Assembly: GCA_041937175.2 (NCBI GenBank)
Contig: CP166615.1
Span: forward strand, 1,312,001-1,376,000
DNA from: Limnothrix sp. BL-A-16
GTDB taxonomy: Bacteria > Cyanobacteriota > Cyanobacteriia > CACIAM-69d
Length of the DNA stretch: 64,000 nt
Reading direction: 5' to 3'
Under the pieces are notes generated by a model that saw only the letters and a list, made by a program, of their open reading frames with translations, did no database searches and was not told where the DNA came from. How positions within the stretch are numbered: position 1 is the first letter of the stretch; every line of letters begins with the position of its first letter. Below are positions 39,946 to 50,340 of the stretch, one piece after another. Made by a program: the position numbers and the translations under genes.

Positions 39946-40611
39946 TTAGCGATCGCGGTTGGTCGATTGCGCCTGGGAGGCCGGCTTGGCCGGCTCTGGA
40001 ACCAATTCCACATTCACCTCATTCACTTCCCGGCGGCGCAGTTCCACGGACTCCGAGCGCGGCAGCAGGTTAAACACCGCTCGGAATCGATCATCCAGTT
40101 CCTCGAAAGGCACTTGACCGGCGCGATCGAGCAATACTTTTCCCGATTGATCAATTAAGACCGTTTGGGGCACAACGCCACGGTAGTAGTGCGCCGGTTG
40201 CAGTGGATCCGCCACCGGCTCCAGGGGCAGAGAATCGGCCACAATGGGCAAAAAGTCCGCCGCTTTGCCGTAAAACGCCTGCAACTGGGAGATTGTGGAG
40301 GAAAACCGCTTGCAATCGCGGCTATCGTCCACAAAAAACACCAACAGGGTGGGGCGCTGCCGTTCCCGCGATTGGGCCAAGGTCACCCGAGGCGGCACTA
40401 AAGAACCATTGCCCGCATAGAGCGCAAAAATATTGCCATCAAAATTATCGTCATTCAATGTGGCCTGGGCTGGCAGGGCCCCCAAGGCCCAACCCCCGAT
40501 CGTTAACGACAGCAGCAGGGCGATCGCCCGAGTTAGCCCCTGTCGTCCCCACCAGCGAGCAATAACGCTACCCAGTGCCCAACCCCGAACCCACATGACT
40601 ATCCGTGACAT
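39946..40611 (-). CDS. Thioredoxin-fold thylakoid protein (PSI accumulation factor family)
   Basis: Signal peptide then DD.FDGNIFALYAGNGSLVPP, DDSRDCK, YY.G.VPQTV. Confidence 0.8.
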   Translation of the reverse strand: MSRIVMWVRGWALGSVIARWWGRQGLTRAIALLLSLTIGGWALGALPAQATLNDDNFDGNIFALYAGNGSLVPPRVTLAQSRERQRPTLLVFFVDDSRDCKRFSSTISQLQAFYGKAADFLPIVADSLPLEPVADPLQPAHYYRGVVPQTVLIDQSGKVLLDRAGQVPFEELDDRFRAVFNLLPRSESVELRRREVNEVNVELVPEPAKPASQAQSTNRDR

Positions 40612-41058
40612 TGAAACCGTGACATTTAAATCGTTAAAAAACGCAAGACAAAAACGCGAAACAGACAGCGTATAAGCCCCTTGCAGAGCCTATCCTATCG
40701 CGAACCGCGAAACCCCCCACGTCTGAATTGTGGCCCAATGCCCCGATCGGTTGCCGCAGCCCTGGGACAATTGCGCCGGTCTGCTGGGGTCTCTCCGGGC
40801 GATCGCGCCAGGCTTCGTTGGCGGAAGATGTGCCACCCAACGGGCCGATTGGAATTTCCATGGGTATGATGGGGGGCAAGATCAGCCCAAAACCAGCCCT
40901 GCTCCGGTCAGTTCTCCGCTTTTTCACCGAAAGGATCCTGGTCGGCATGCTGGGTCAAGGGTTTTAGTCACCACTCCTCTTCAGCGCCCCTCTCCCCTAC
41001 GCTTCCTGTTTTCTGTTCCATTCATTAACCCATTGAGCGAGCGGCTCTAGCTTTAGCT

Positions 41059-42042
41059 ATGGTTCGGTTCCGTATTCAAGCTGACAGTGATATTCCGGCA
41101 TCCACGCAGTTGTTTAACCAAATTCGGTTTGCGATCGCTTCGCGGCAGTTTCCGCCGGGGCACCGTTTGCCCAGCACCCGCCAACTGGCCATGGAAACGG
41201 GCTTGCATCGCAACACCATCAGCAAGGTCTATCGCCAGCTTGAAGATAACGGCCTAGTGGAAGCCCAGCCCGGCTCCGGTATCTACGTGCGGGCCTTGGG
41301 TCATGAAGGCGGGGCCCAACTGCGATCGCCTGTTTTTGACAAAAACCCCGAGGCCTATCAACTGGTGAAACAGAGCCTCGATCGGCTCATCGAAGCCGGT
41401 TGCAGCCTCAGCACCGCTCGGGAACTGTTTCTGGGGGAAGTGGATTGGCGACTACGATGCAGCGCCCGCGTGATTGTCACCGCCCCTCAACAGGACTTGG
41501 GCGTGGGCGAAATTATGGCCGGTGAAATTGAGCAATCGCTGCAAATTCCCGTGCAATTGGTGGCCATGGAAGACCTGCCAGCCGCCCTCGATCGCACCGC
41601 TTCCGCCACCGTGGTCACCAGTCGCTACTTCATTGGCGATGCGGAAAAAATCGCCGCCCCCAAATCGGCCCGCGTCATCCCCGTGGATATCTATGACTAT
41701 GCCGAAGAAATTGAATTCGTGAAGAATCTCCCGGCCGGTACGCGCATCGGCCTGGTCAGCATCAGTCCCGGCTGGTTGCGAGCTTCGGAAGTGATTGTCC
41801 ACAGCTTCCGGGGCGAAGAGATTTTGGTGATGACCACCCTTCCCAGCGACACCTACAAGCTCGGGGCATTGGTCAAAACCGTGCGGTATATCGGGTGCGA
41901 TCGGGACAGCTTCCCCAAGGTCAAGGCCGCCGTTTCCGCTCACCGAGAAGACATCATCCGCCCCCCGCAGGTGATCTGTTGCGAAAACTACATCGGCAGC
42001 CAATCCATGAACCATCTCCAACGGGAGTTAGGACTGGCCTAG
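41059..42042 (+). CDS. plmA: GntR-family regulator PlmA
   Basis: IPASTQLFNQIRFAIASRQFPPGHRLPSTRQLAMETGLHRNTISKVY, DWRLRCSARV, TVVTSRYF. Confidence 0.93.
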   Translation: MVRFRIQADSDIPASTQLFNQIRFAIASRQFPPGHRLPSTRQLAMETGLHRNTISKVYRQLEDNGLVEAQPGSGIYVRALGHEGGAQLRSPVFDKNPEAYQLVKQSLDRLIEAGCSLSTARELFLGEVDWRLRCSARVIVTAPQQDLGVGEIMAGEIEQSLQIPVQLVAMEDLPAALDRTASATVVTSRYFIGDAEKIAAPKSARVIPVDIYDYAEEIEFVKNLPAGTRIGLVSISPGWLRASEVIVHSFRGEEILVMTTLPSDTYKLGALVKTVRYIGCDRDSFPKVKAAVSAHREDIIRPPQVICCENYIGSQSMNHLQRELGLA

Positions 42043-42094
42043 CAACGGTCAAGTCCAATTATTGGCCGTAGCAAAATTACTGGCCATAGCGAAA

Positions 42095-42559
42095 CTATTG
42101 GCCACGATAGTTGGACAGTCGCGCCAGGGTTGCCAAGGGCTGGACACCCGGATATTTGCGCCCCCGAATTTCCCAGGTGGGATAGCCCTCGATCCCCGCC
42201 TGTGCACACAGTTGCGGCTGCGGGTTGCGGCCTCGGGGGTCGCACTCAATGTAGCGAATTTGGTTAAACGCCTGGCCAAACAGTTCCTTTTGATTTTGGC
42301 AATGGCCGCACCAATAGGCTCCGTACATTTTTGCGCCAATTTGCCGCAGGTGCTGGGCCAACCCTTGGGGCGAAACCGCCAGCATCCCTTCCCAGGACTG
42401 TTCGATCGCCCCTTGAACGCCGGGAGCTGCGGCCTTTGCCTGGTTGGCTGGGGTGGCTGCTTCTGCCAGGGCTGCCACCAGGCCTGCTCCGGCCACGGCG
42501 GCCGCACAGCCCAGTCCAATCCAGCCCTGATTCGTTAGCAATTTCCAGTTGAGTTTCAT
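42095..42559 (-). CDS. Exported thioredoxin-like protein (like the Trx domain of cyanobacterial VKOR-Trx fusions)
   Basis: MYGAYWCGHC..QKELFG, YIECD, YPTWEI; N-terminal signal peptide. Confidence 0.85.
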   Translation of the reverse strand: MKLNWKLLTNQGWIGLGCAAAVAGAGLVAALAEAATPANQAKAAAPGVQGAIEQSWEGMLAVSPQGLAQHLRQIGAKMYGAYWCGHCQNQKELFGQAFNQIRYIECDPRGRNPQPQLCAQAGIEGYPTWEIRGRKYPGVQPLATLARLSNYRGQ

Positions 42560-42715
42560 AATCAGTCCTGTTGTTCGCGTTGGAGTGCGGGTTTGTAGGC
42601 TATTGATGCGCGGCGATCGGCAGCGGTTGCCCATTTGGTGGGGTGGAGGTTTTGTGCGATGATCGAACGACGCTTTTTGGCGGTTCATCACGCTTCAACT
42701 AACAGTTTTAACAAT

Positions 42716-43057
42716 ATGGCAGTCATTCAATTCATCCGAGGCATTAACGAAGAGGTGGTACCTGATGTCCGCTTGACGCGATCGCGTGATGGGAGCAATG
42801 GCCGCGCCATCTTTATCTTTGATAACCCTAAAACGTTGGCTGCATCCGCCGATCAAGAAATCACCGGCATGTACCTAATCGACGAAGAGGGTGAGTTGAT
42901 GACCCGTGATGTGAAAGGCAAGTTTGTTAACGGTCAGCCGTCGGGCATTGAAGCCTACTACGTCATGACCTCGGAGAACGATTGGGAACGGTTCATGCGG
43001 TTTATGAATCGCTACGCGGAAGCGAACGGCTTGGGCTTCACGAAGGCTGACAGCTAA
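42716..43057 (+). CDS. psb28: Photosystem II assembly factor Psb28
   Basis: [49 protein letters not shown]. Confidence 0.97.
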   Translation: MAVIQFIRGINEEVVPDVRLTRSRDGSNGRAIFIFDNPKTLAASADQEITGMYLIDEEGELMTRDVKGKFVNGQPSGIEAYYVMTSENDWERFMRFMNRYAEANGLGFTKADS

Positions 43058-43144
43058 CGATCGCCCAACTCTTCAATTACGCCTAGCCACTCAGCGCCCG
43101 ACCATTCCACCATCCCAGAACCATGCCCGAGGGGGTGATCGCCC

Positions 43145-43663
43145 ATGAGTCAGCCACAGTCCCTGGAGGGGCCCCATCCCGATCGCGAGTCTCTTCAGGT
43201 GCGTTGTGCGGTAATCACCGTCAGTGATACGCGCAATTTTGAGACCGATCGCAGTGGGCAACTGATTCGCGATCGCCTGACCTGGGCGGGCCACGTGATC
43301 GTAACCTACCAAATTTTGAAGGATGAGCCAGAGCTGATTGCGGAAACGGTGTTGCAACTGTGCCAAAGCCCGGACATTGATGCCCTGTTGCTGAATGGGG
43401 GCACGGGCATTGCGCCTCGGGACACAACTTACGACGCGATCGCCCGGTTGCTCGACAAGACCTTACCCGGATTTGGTGAACTGCTTCGGCAACTGAGCTT
43501 TGCGGAGGTTGGCTCACGGGCCATGGCTTCTCGGGCGATCGCTGGGGTTTGCCAAGGAAAATTGGTGTTTTCGATGCCCGGATCGAGCAATGCAGTTAGC
43601 CTTGCCCTGGATTCTCTGATCCTGCCGGAGCTAGTTCACTTGGTGACTCAGCTTCAGAAATAG
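43145..43663 (+). CDS. moaB: Molybdenum cofactor biosynthesis protein MoaB/Mog
   Basis: ITVSDTR, D.SG, GGTGIAPRDTT, LPGFGE, SRA.AG, MPGS. Confidence 0.9.
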   Translation: MSQPQSLEGPHPDRESLQVRCAVITVSDTRNFETDRSGQLIRDRLTWAGHVIVTYQILKDEPELIAETVLQLCQSPDIDALLLNGGTGIAPRDTTYDAIARLLDKTLPGFGELLRQLSFAEVGSRAMASRAIAGVCQGKLVFSMPGSSNAVSLALDSLILPELVHLVTQLQK

Positions 43664-43899
43664 CGAATTGGGATTCTGGGTTACAGATTGAAGTTATTGA
43701 AGTTACAGATCGAAAGTATGGATTGAAATTTTGATTTAGGAAGCTTTCTGGGTCGATTCAACCCGAGCTTAATTCGATCTTGCTTAATTCAATCTTAATT
43801 AATCACGAACTTGCTGATCAGCTAGGTGAGTTGATCGATCGAGCGATTTAGTTCGATTGACTTCTAACCTGACTGATTTTTAATTTGATGAGTCAGAAG

Positions 43900-43980
43900 T
43901 GGGCAAGGAGAGATTCGAACTCTCATGGATTTCTCCGCCGCATTTTGAGTGCGGTGCGTCTACCGTTCCGCCACTTGCCC
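43900..43980 (-). tRNA. tRNA-Leu(CAA), CCA not encoded
   Basis: GGGCAAGTGGCGGAACGGTAGACGCA CCGCA CT-CAA-AA TGCGG, long variable arm, GTTCGAAT, CTTGCCCA. Confidence 0.95.
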
Positions 43981-43994
43981 GTAGCGCTCTGCAA

Positions 43995-44858
43995 TTATAG
44001 CGGATTTTTTGAAAAATGGTGCAACAAATCTCGATATTCTCGGCTGTGGGCCCAACGGTCAATTTCACGGGCCCGTAACACAGGAACGGGATGGGTCAAC
44101 GTCGCGGTGCGAGCGCGTTTGAGGGCGGCTCCCAGTTGGGATTGGTCGATCGCGTCATAGGCCCGAGCCTGGGCCAGGAATGCTTCGACATTCAACAGGG
44201 GCGCAAGGTTCGGCGAGCCACCCGCCAACTTCATCAACACCGAAGCCACCACCGTGGGATCTTGCACGGCCAGCAGGGCCGCCCGATCGCAGGTGAATTC
44301 TGCACAGCGAGACCACTCCAGCAGCCGCTCCTGCAAGCCCTGGGCGAACCACCGTCCCCACTCGGGCACTTGTCCCGCCGCCAAAACCAGCACGTTGGCC
44401 AAGGTCAGGTAGAGGCTATGTTCACACTTGAGATGGCCCAGCTCGTGGGCAATCACCGCCTGGGTTTCCAGGGGAGTGAGCAAATCCAACAGGGCCGAGT
44501 GAATGACCACAAAGGGCCGCCGCCCTCGCATCGCAAAGGTGTAGGCGTTGGGAACCGGATGTTGGCGCACGTAAAGCTGCGGTGCTTCCAAGTCCAACCG
44601 CTGGGCCGCCTCTTGCAAAAGATGGTGCAGGTGAGGCAGTTGGTTGGGCCCCACCAACAGGCTGGCGGCAATGTTTTCGAGATACATCACCTCTTCCGCA
44701 ATCGGGCCCACCAGATTACGCACCAGCAAATCCAAACCCGGCCAGCGATCGAGCGATTGGGTCGCGGCCAAGTCGAGGGGGTGTCGAAATTGGTTGGCGC
44801 GCAACCCCAACAGCCGCAGGGGCGTTTTGGAGGTGGAATGCTCGGAACCGTCAGCCAT
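43995..44858 (-). CDS. M48 family metallopeptidase
   Basis: FRHPLD, PNAYT, IAHELGHLK, AEFTCDRA, THP motifs. Confidence 0.92.
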   Translation of the reverse strand: MADGSEHSTSKTPLRLLGLRANQFRHPLDLAATQSLDRWPGLDLLVRNLVGPIAEEVMYLENIAASLLVGPNQLPHLHHLLQEAAQRLDLEAPQLYVRQHPVPNAYTFAMRGRRPFVVIHSALLDLLTPLETQAVIAHELGHLKCEHSLYLTLANVLVLAAGQVPEWGRWFAQGLQERLLEWSRCAEFTCDRAALLAVQDPTVVASVLMKLAGGSPNLAPLLNVEAFLAQARAYDAIDQSQLGAALKRARTATLTHPVPVLRAREIDRWAHSREYRDLLHHFSKNPL

Positions 44859-44917
44859 TGTGTTGGACAAAGGAAGATTTGGGGGATGGGCCGCGGGGCC
44901 CTGACTCTGGCTTGAGT

Positions 44918-46264
44918 TTAGCTCACGGCTGCGGGCACTGCGCCCTCTGCAAAGCCATTCAGGCGCTGAATGTTGGCCCCGATCGAGCGAAGTTTGTTTT
45001 CGATGTTTTCATAGCCCCGATCGAGGTGATGCAGGCCGCGGATCGTGGTTTTGCCCCGGGCCGCCAAGCCCGCCACCACCAGGGCCGCCCCCGCCCGCAA
45101 ATCCGAAGCGGTGACCGGCGCACCGGACAGGAACGGCACGCCCTTGACGATCGCCACCCGGTCTTTAACCCGGATGTTAGCTCCCATCCGGTTCAGCTCC
45201 GCCACATGGCGCAGGCGGTTTTCAAACACCGTTTCGGTAATGGTGCTGCTGCCTTCGCAGAGGGTGAGCAGGGCCATGAATTGGGCTTGCATATCCGTGG
45301 GGAAACCGGGGAATGGCAGGGTTTCCAGATCCGTGGCCAACAGGCCCTGACTGGGAAAAACACGGATGCTGGTTCCCTCGATCACCGTCTGCACCCCGAT
45401 CGCCTCCAACTTGGCCAGGGTGGCGCTCATGTGGTCGGGAATCACTGGCCCCACCAACAGGTCTGAGCGAGTGGCCGCTGCTGCCACCAAAAACGTTCCC
45501 GCTTCGATTCGATCGGGAATGACGGAATGTTCCGTGGAATGAAGCTTTTCCACGCCCTCAATCACCACCGTATCCGTTCCTGCGCCGCGAACCTTCGCCC
45601 CCATCGCGTTGCAGAAATTGGCCAAATCAATAATTTCCGGCTCCCGTGCCGCATTTTCCAGGATGGTTTCCCCTTCCGCGAGGGTGGCCGCCATCATCAA
45701 GGTTTCCGTGGCCCCCACGCTGGGATAGTCCAGATAAATGCGGGCCCCCGTGAGGCGCGACTTGCCGCGAATGCTGGCGAATACAATGCCGCTGTCGATA
45801 TGCACATCGGCCCCCATGGCCTGGAGACCCCGCACATGGAGTTCCACCGGCCGCGCCCCGATCGCGCAGCCGCCGGGCAGGGGGAACCGGGCCTCGCCCA
45901 TCCGAGCCAACAGGGCCCCAATGGCGAAAAAGCTAGCCCGCAGTTGACTGACCAACTCATAGGGGGCTTCGGCGCGGTTGATGTGGCGTGCGTCAATTTC
46001 CCATGTGTCGCCCAGGCAGCGGGTTTTCAGCCCCAGCGCTTCCAACACCTGCCCCATCCGCGCCACATCCACCAGCAAGGGCACGTTACGGATTCGGCAT
46101 TCTCCGGAGCACAGCACCGTGGCCGCCAGCAGTACGAGGGCAGAGTTTTTGGCTCCACTGACTGAGACATGGCCGCTGAGTGGCTGACCACCCACGATTT
46201 CGAGGATGGGTTCATCCGCTTCGCGGGAAGCAGAGAGGGGGGAAGTGCTAGACGGGGAAACTAT
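44918..46264 (-). CDS. murA: UDP-N-acetylglucosamine 1-carboxyvinyltransferase; proposed ATA start
   Basis: [59 protein letters not shown]. Start is inferred (see findings); the first canonical start is GTG 46195. Confidence 0.95.
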   Translation of the reverse strand: MVSPSSTSPLSASREADEPILEIVGGQPLSGHVSVSGAKNSALVLLAATVLCSGECRIRNVPLLVDVARMGQVLEALGLKTRCLGDTWEIDARHINRAEAPYELVSQLRASFFAIGALLARMGEARFPLPGGCAIGARPVELHVRGLQAMGADVHIDSGIVFASIRGKSRLTGARIYLDYPSVGATETLMMAATLAEGETILENAAREPEIIDLANFCNAMGAKVRGAGTDTVVIEGVEKLHSTEHSVIPDRIEAGTFLVAAAATRSDLLVGPVIPDHMSATLAKLEAIGVQTVIEGTSIRVFPSQGLLATDLETLPFPGFPTDMQAQFMALLTLCEGSSTITETVFENRLRHVAELNRMGANIRVKDRVAIVKGVPFLSGAPVTASDLRAGAALVVAGLAARGKTTIRGLHHLDRGYENIENKLRSIGANIQRLNGFAEGAVPAAVS

Positions 46265-46624
46265 GGCCGTGGTCCTCCAAAAACGCGCGCCAAGCTGAAA
46301 TGTTGCGAGAATGCAAATTTCGTTTAGATTCTACACAACTCAACTTCCCTGGCAATGTTCTCCAGATCCCAAAACCCACGCATGGGGGGCGATCGGGCGA
46401 TTCCGATTTCGACGCTTCCCAGCAAGCTGAACCCTGGCCAGCGAGATCGGGCGGGGTGAGCCTGATTGCCTAGCCAATTCTCATCGAAGGGGGGTTAGCC
46501 AGTGCCCGAGTGGGTGCTTGAACAGGCGCTAAACATCATGGGCGATCGCCCGCGACTTGATCCCAATGGAACCCACTTTTTTAATGTTGTTCAAACAAAT
46601 CCCAAAAAAAATTTCTAAAAGGGG

Positions 46625-46652
46625 TTGCGCTCCAGACTGAAAGTGCTAATAT
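46625..46652 (+). promoter_or_regulatory. Candidate sigma70-type promoter of tRNA-Leu(CAG)
   Basis: TTGCGC-N16-TAATAT preceded by A-tracts, 13 nt upstream of the tRNA. Confidence 0.55.
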
Positions 46653-46665
46653 TGATTCCGCGCAA

Positions 46666-46749
46666 GCGGAACTGGCGGAATTGGTAGACGCGCAAGATTC
46701 AGGTTCTTGTGTTCGCAAGGACTTCCGGGTTCAAGTCCCGGGTTCCGCA
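46666..46749 (+). tRNA. tRNA-Leu(CAG), CCA not encoded
   Basis: GCGGAACTGGCGGAATTGGTAGACGCG CAAGA TT-CAG-GT TCTTG, variable arm, GTTCAAGT, GTTCCGCA. Confidence 0.96.
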
Positions 46750-46763
46750 TCTTAAACGCCAAC

Positions 46764-47540
46764 ATGATTACAAGCGTCAAAAATCCACTGGTTAAGCAGC
46801 TTAAAAAGCTTCATCAAGCCAAGGGAAGACGCGAAGAAAATCAATTCTTAATCGAGGGAACTCATCTGTTGCAAGAAGCAATTGCAGTGGATTATTCCCT
46901 CGATTTTGTTTGTTGCACACCCGCCTGGCAAGAAAAATATCCAGTGGATTTTGCACGGGCGGCGGCCCACGCCCCGATCGAGCTGGTGGCCGAACCAGTG
47001 CTCCAAGCGATTGCTACCACGGTGAACCCGGACGGGGTGGTGGCGGTGGCCCAGCGTTGCCCGATCGCCCCTCAGCGATCGCTCCAAATTGCCTTGGGCT
47101 TGGAACGGCTTCAGGATCCGGGGAACCTGGGCACGATCGTGCGGGCAGCGGCGGCGGCAGGTTGTGATCAAATTTGGTTAAGCGACGACAGCGTTGATCT
47201 GGATCATCCCAAGGTGCTGCGCTCAACGGCGGGTCAGTGGTTCCGAATGCCGATGCAGGCGGCGGAAGATTTGCGATCGACCGTGCGCGACCTGAAGCAA
47301 CAGGGTTTCAAGATTGTGGCCACAGTACCCACGGCCGATCTCAGCTATTGGGAGGCGGATTTGCGATCGCCCGTGATGGTGTTGTTGGGCAACGAGGGCG
47401 CGGGTCTTTCTCCGGAGCTAATTGCTGAAGCAGACACGGCTGTGCGCATTCCCCTTGCGCCGGGGGTTGAGTCCCTGAATGTGTCAGTGACGGCGGCGCT
47501 TCTGTTGTACGAAATTCAGCGCCAGCAAACCCAGGCCTAG
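46764..47540 (+). CDS. TrmH/SpoU family RNA methyltransferase
   Basis: ITS.KNP, LQDPGNLGTI.R, GNEGAG, ESLNV motifs. Confidence 0.93.
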   Translation: MITSVKNPLVKQLKKLHQAKGRREENQFLIEGTHLLQEAIAVDYSLDFVCCTPAWQEKYPVDFARAAAHAPIELVAEPVLQAIATTVNPDGVVAVAQRCPIAPQRSLQIALGLERLQDPGNLGTIVRAAAAAGCDQIWLSDDSVDLDHPKVLRSTAGQWFRMPMQAAEDLRSTVRDLKQQGFKIVATVPTADLSYWEADLRSPVMVLLGNEGAGLSPELIAEADTAVRIPLAPGVESLNVSVTAALLLYEIQRQQTQA

Positions 47541-47688
47541 AACCTCATTTCAGCCCAGAGCTTCACCCAAGAGTTTCTCTCCAAATCTTCAACCAGAATC
47601 TTTAACCGGCATCTTCAATCCAAATCTTCAACCAGAATCTCAGACCCAAACCTGTAGGGCCAATTCAACGGTTAGGAGCTGAGAAGTT

Positions 47689-48258
47689 CTAGGGTTCCGT
47701 GCTGGGTTGGGGCTGGCCTTCTGGTAAATCCAGTTCGATGTTGGTTCCCCGATCGAGCACTTCAATATCCCACTGACCTCGGGCCCCGCTTTCAAACACA
47801 ATAAAGCGACCATCGGGACTGATGCGGGGCGATCGTACCCAACCGCGATAGCCCTGGGTGAGCACTTGAACCTGGCCCGTTGCCCGATCGTATAGCTCAA
47901 CCTCCGGGCGGGCATAGTCGCTGGCCAGGTAAACCAAATAGCGACCGGTTTGGCTGAGGCTGGGTTGCTCGGCGATCGCGTCTCGGCGGTTCAACCGAGG
48001 CAGCTCAATGAAGCGGCGCTGCTGCAAGTCAAATAGCAAAATCTGGCGGTTGCCCCCTCGGTTGGAAACAAAGGCCAACATCCGTCCATCGCCGCTGAGA
48101 CTGGGCTGCTCATCGGCATAGCGGGAATTGAGGGTGAGGGGAATGTTGAGGTTGGCTCCGTTGCCACAAGCAACCAGGAGCGCGGCTGTGCTGAGAACAA
48201 CCGCGCTCCGGCTTAGGGCCCGTTGACCCAATCTGAGGGACGATCGCAAAACGGACAA
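47689..48258 (-). CDS. TolB-like (PD40 repeat) lipoprotein
   Basis: Lipobox LVAC; PSLSGDGR.LAFVSNR and P.ISPDGRFIVFES repeats. Confidence 0.85.
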   Translation of the reverse strand: MSVLRSSLRLGQRALSRSAVVLSTAALLVACGNGANLNIPLTLNSRYADEQPSLSGDGRMLAFVSNRGGNRQILLFDLQQRRFIELPRLNRRDAIAEQPSLSQTGRYLVYLASDYARPEVELYDRATGQVQVLTQGYRGWVRSPRISPDGRFIVFESGARGQWDIEVLDRGTNIELDLPEGQPQPSTEP

Positions 48259-48286
48259 GGGCGTTTAGGGGAAGTTTCGCTGGAGG

Positions 48287-49483
48287 TTAGCGTTCAAACT
48301 TAACGGGGCGATCGAAGTCGTCTTCGTAGCGATCGCCGCCGTTACCATCGGAAAAACGGGCTTCCGAGTCACGGTTGTTGCCCAGGGAGCCATCCCCTTC
48401 CTCATCCTTGGGACTCAGATCCAGGGGCGGACGACTGCTGGCCTGGTCGGCGTAGCGATCCCAATCTTCTTCGGTGGGTTCCGGGTCGATCGGTTGATAG
48501 GACACGTAGCTATCGGCGGGTTCCACCTCTGCGGCATAGCTATCGCTGTAGCTGCTTTTGCGGGCGGGCGGTTCGTCAACGTAGTTGGTGCGGCTGACCG
48601 GTGGCTCATCGGCCAAGGGAGCCGCGCCAGCACGACGCTTGCGAGTGGGAGCGCGATCCTCGGGGTTACTGGGTCGATCGCGCCGACTGCGAGGGGGACG
48701 ATCGGGCTGTTCCCAGCGATCTTCGCCCCAAGATTCCTCCGATCGAGTGGGTTCAACCCGTGCAGGGTCAACTCGGGTGGGGTCAACAGCAGGGCGACGG
48801 CTCGATCGGCTCACGGGCGGCTCGCTCCAATCAGCTCCCGTTTCGGGGCGGTTGGGCGGGCGCTGGGCGGGCCGACGCTTGCGCGGAACGCCACCACCAT
48901 CGGGGCTGGCTCCGGCACTGGGGCCGCCAAAGGAATCGCGGTCATCGCGTGGGGGGCGTTGGGTCGGCGGTCGGCGGCGTGGCGGTGCATCATACCCACC
49001 ATCACGACCATCGCGGCTGTCACGGACTTCACGGACATCGCGCGGTCGGCTGCCATATTCCTCGGCGGCGCGGCTGTCGCGGCTGTCGTCGCTGCCCCGA
49101 ATCCGGCGATTGTAGGGCTGGCGCTCGATCGGCTCCATGTCATCCAGTTCCGCCCGATACACCCGACTCACGGGCCGATCGTCATCCACCAGGGGCGCAG
49201 TGCGCTTGGCTTGCTCCGTGGTCACATTCCGCAACCGAATACTTTCGTAAGCGAAAAAGATGGCTGACCCTGCCAACAGGAATTGGCTGAATTGCAGAAT
49301 CGGATCCAGCCGCCAGCTATTAAAAAACAGAATGCCACCGCACAGCAGACCCACCGCCGCGAAAAAGATGTCGTAATCGCGGGCCAGTCCTGGCTTGTAC
49401 GATCGAATGAAATAGAGTGCAGCGCCCGCCACCGCGAGGATGATGCCGATGAGGCTGCCCCAGCTAAAGCCAACGTTAACCAT
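48287..49483 (-). CDS. ycf66: Ycf66 family protein with a long disordered C-terminus
   Basis: ARDYDIFFAAVGLLCGGIL.F..WRLDPILQF.QFLL, ESIRLR. Confidence 0.92.
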   Translation of the reverse strand: MVNVGFSWGSLIGIILAVAGAALYFIRSYKPGLARDYDIFFAAVGLLCGGILFFNSWRLDPILQFSQFLLAGSAIFFAYESIRLRNVTTEQAKRTAPLVDDDRPVSRVYRAELDDMEPIERQPYNRRIRGSDDSRDSRAAEEYGSRPRDVREVRDSRDGRDGGYDAPPRRRPPTQRPPRDDRDSFGGPSAGASPDGGGVPRKRRPAQRPPNRPETGADWSEPPVSRSSRRPAVDPTRVDPARVEPTRSEESWGEDRWEQPDRPPRSRRDRPSNPEDRAPTRKRRAGAAPLADEPPVSRTNYVDEPPARKSSYSDSYAAEVEPADSYVSYQPIDPEPTEEDWDRYADQASSRPPLDLSPKDEEGDGSLGNNRDSEARFSDGNGGDRYEDDFDRPVKFER

Positions 49484-49619
49484 CGTCCCTCAAGAACGTT
49501 ACGGGTTTATTCTAACGACGAACGGCGGCTCCGATGGGGTTACCGGAACCGCCGTCCTTTGCGGGCGATCGCGCCGAGGCTATCCCAACCACAGGGGTTG
49601 AGCGACACGACAAGCAACC

Positions 49620-49742
49620 TTAGAAAGTGCGCTTTACCTTGTCGTTCTGGCTGATGACGATCAAGCCAACGGTAATCGGCAGCACCACAATTACGGCTCC
49701 CAAGAGCAGGCTCCACAGGAAATTCGCCAAAGAAGCAGTCAT
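49620..49742 (-). CDS. psbX: Photosystem II subunit X (absent from the ORF track)
   Basis: Translates to MTASLANFLWSLLLGAVIVVLPITVGLIVISQNDKVKRTF; GAGG SD; yggT-psbX-ycf66 context. Confidence 0.95.
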   Translation of the reverse strand: MTASLANFLWSLLLGAVIVVLPITVGLIVISQNDKVKRTF

Positions 49743-50001
49743 AGTTATCCTCGGATTGAAAACGCACAATTGGCTCTAGGGTTGTATTTTATCGCCCGAT
49801 CGGCGCTCTGTCGCCCCAGCGGAATTGAGAATTTCCCAGATTGATCCGCCAAGCTTTACGATCATCCATGCTGCGGCTGACTATCTCCGAGCGGGGTTGG
49901 GTGGCATCTGGGCCGGGCCCTGCCCTCTGAGCCAGATTTTGCGCTAGCCATCCCCCCAAGGCCGATCGCCCGCCCTTCTCAATTTCTACCCCAAGTTCGG
50001 C

Positions 50002-50289
50002 ATGAGTACCGTTGTGATTGGATCGTGGGCCCTGAGCCTGCTGTTGGGTCTGTTCATTTTGTTGTTCATTGTCCGAATCGTGCTGACTTGGTATCCCCAG
50101 GTGGATGCCCAAAAGCTGCCCTTTAAGTTGGCGGTGGCTCCGACGGAACCCTTTTTGAAGGTGACTCGCGCGATCGTCCCCCCGATCGGCGGTGTGGACA
50201 TCAGCCCAATCATTTGGGTTGGGTTGGTCAGCCTGTTGCGTGAAGTGCTGCTGGGGCAACAAGGACTGATTACCATGAGCTTGAACTAA
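50002..50289 (+). CDS. YggT family membrane protein
   Basis: RIVLTWYP, PTEPFL..TR...PPIGGVDISPI. Confidence 0.92.
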   Translation: MSTVVIGSWALSLLLGLFILLFIVRIVLTWYPQVDAQKLPFKLAVAPTEPFLKVTRAIVPPIGGVDISPIIWVGLVSLLREVLLGQQGLITMSLN

Positions 50290-50340
50290 CCGAAATGCCG
50301 ACCCCTAGCCCAGTGCAAACGTTGTTTAGGTGGACTGTGC

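Noticed and set aside
43664..43899. Integrated element at the tRNA-Leu(CAA) 3' end
   Set aside because: Only a short AT-rich repetitive spacer; no duplicated tRNA end or integrase was seen.
46707..46763. N-terminal extension of the TrmH-family ORF
   Set aside because: It overlaps tRNA-Leu(CAG); ATG 46764 matches the family start (MITS.KNP).
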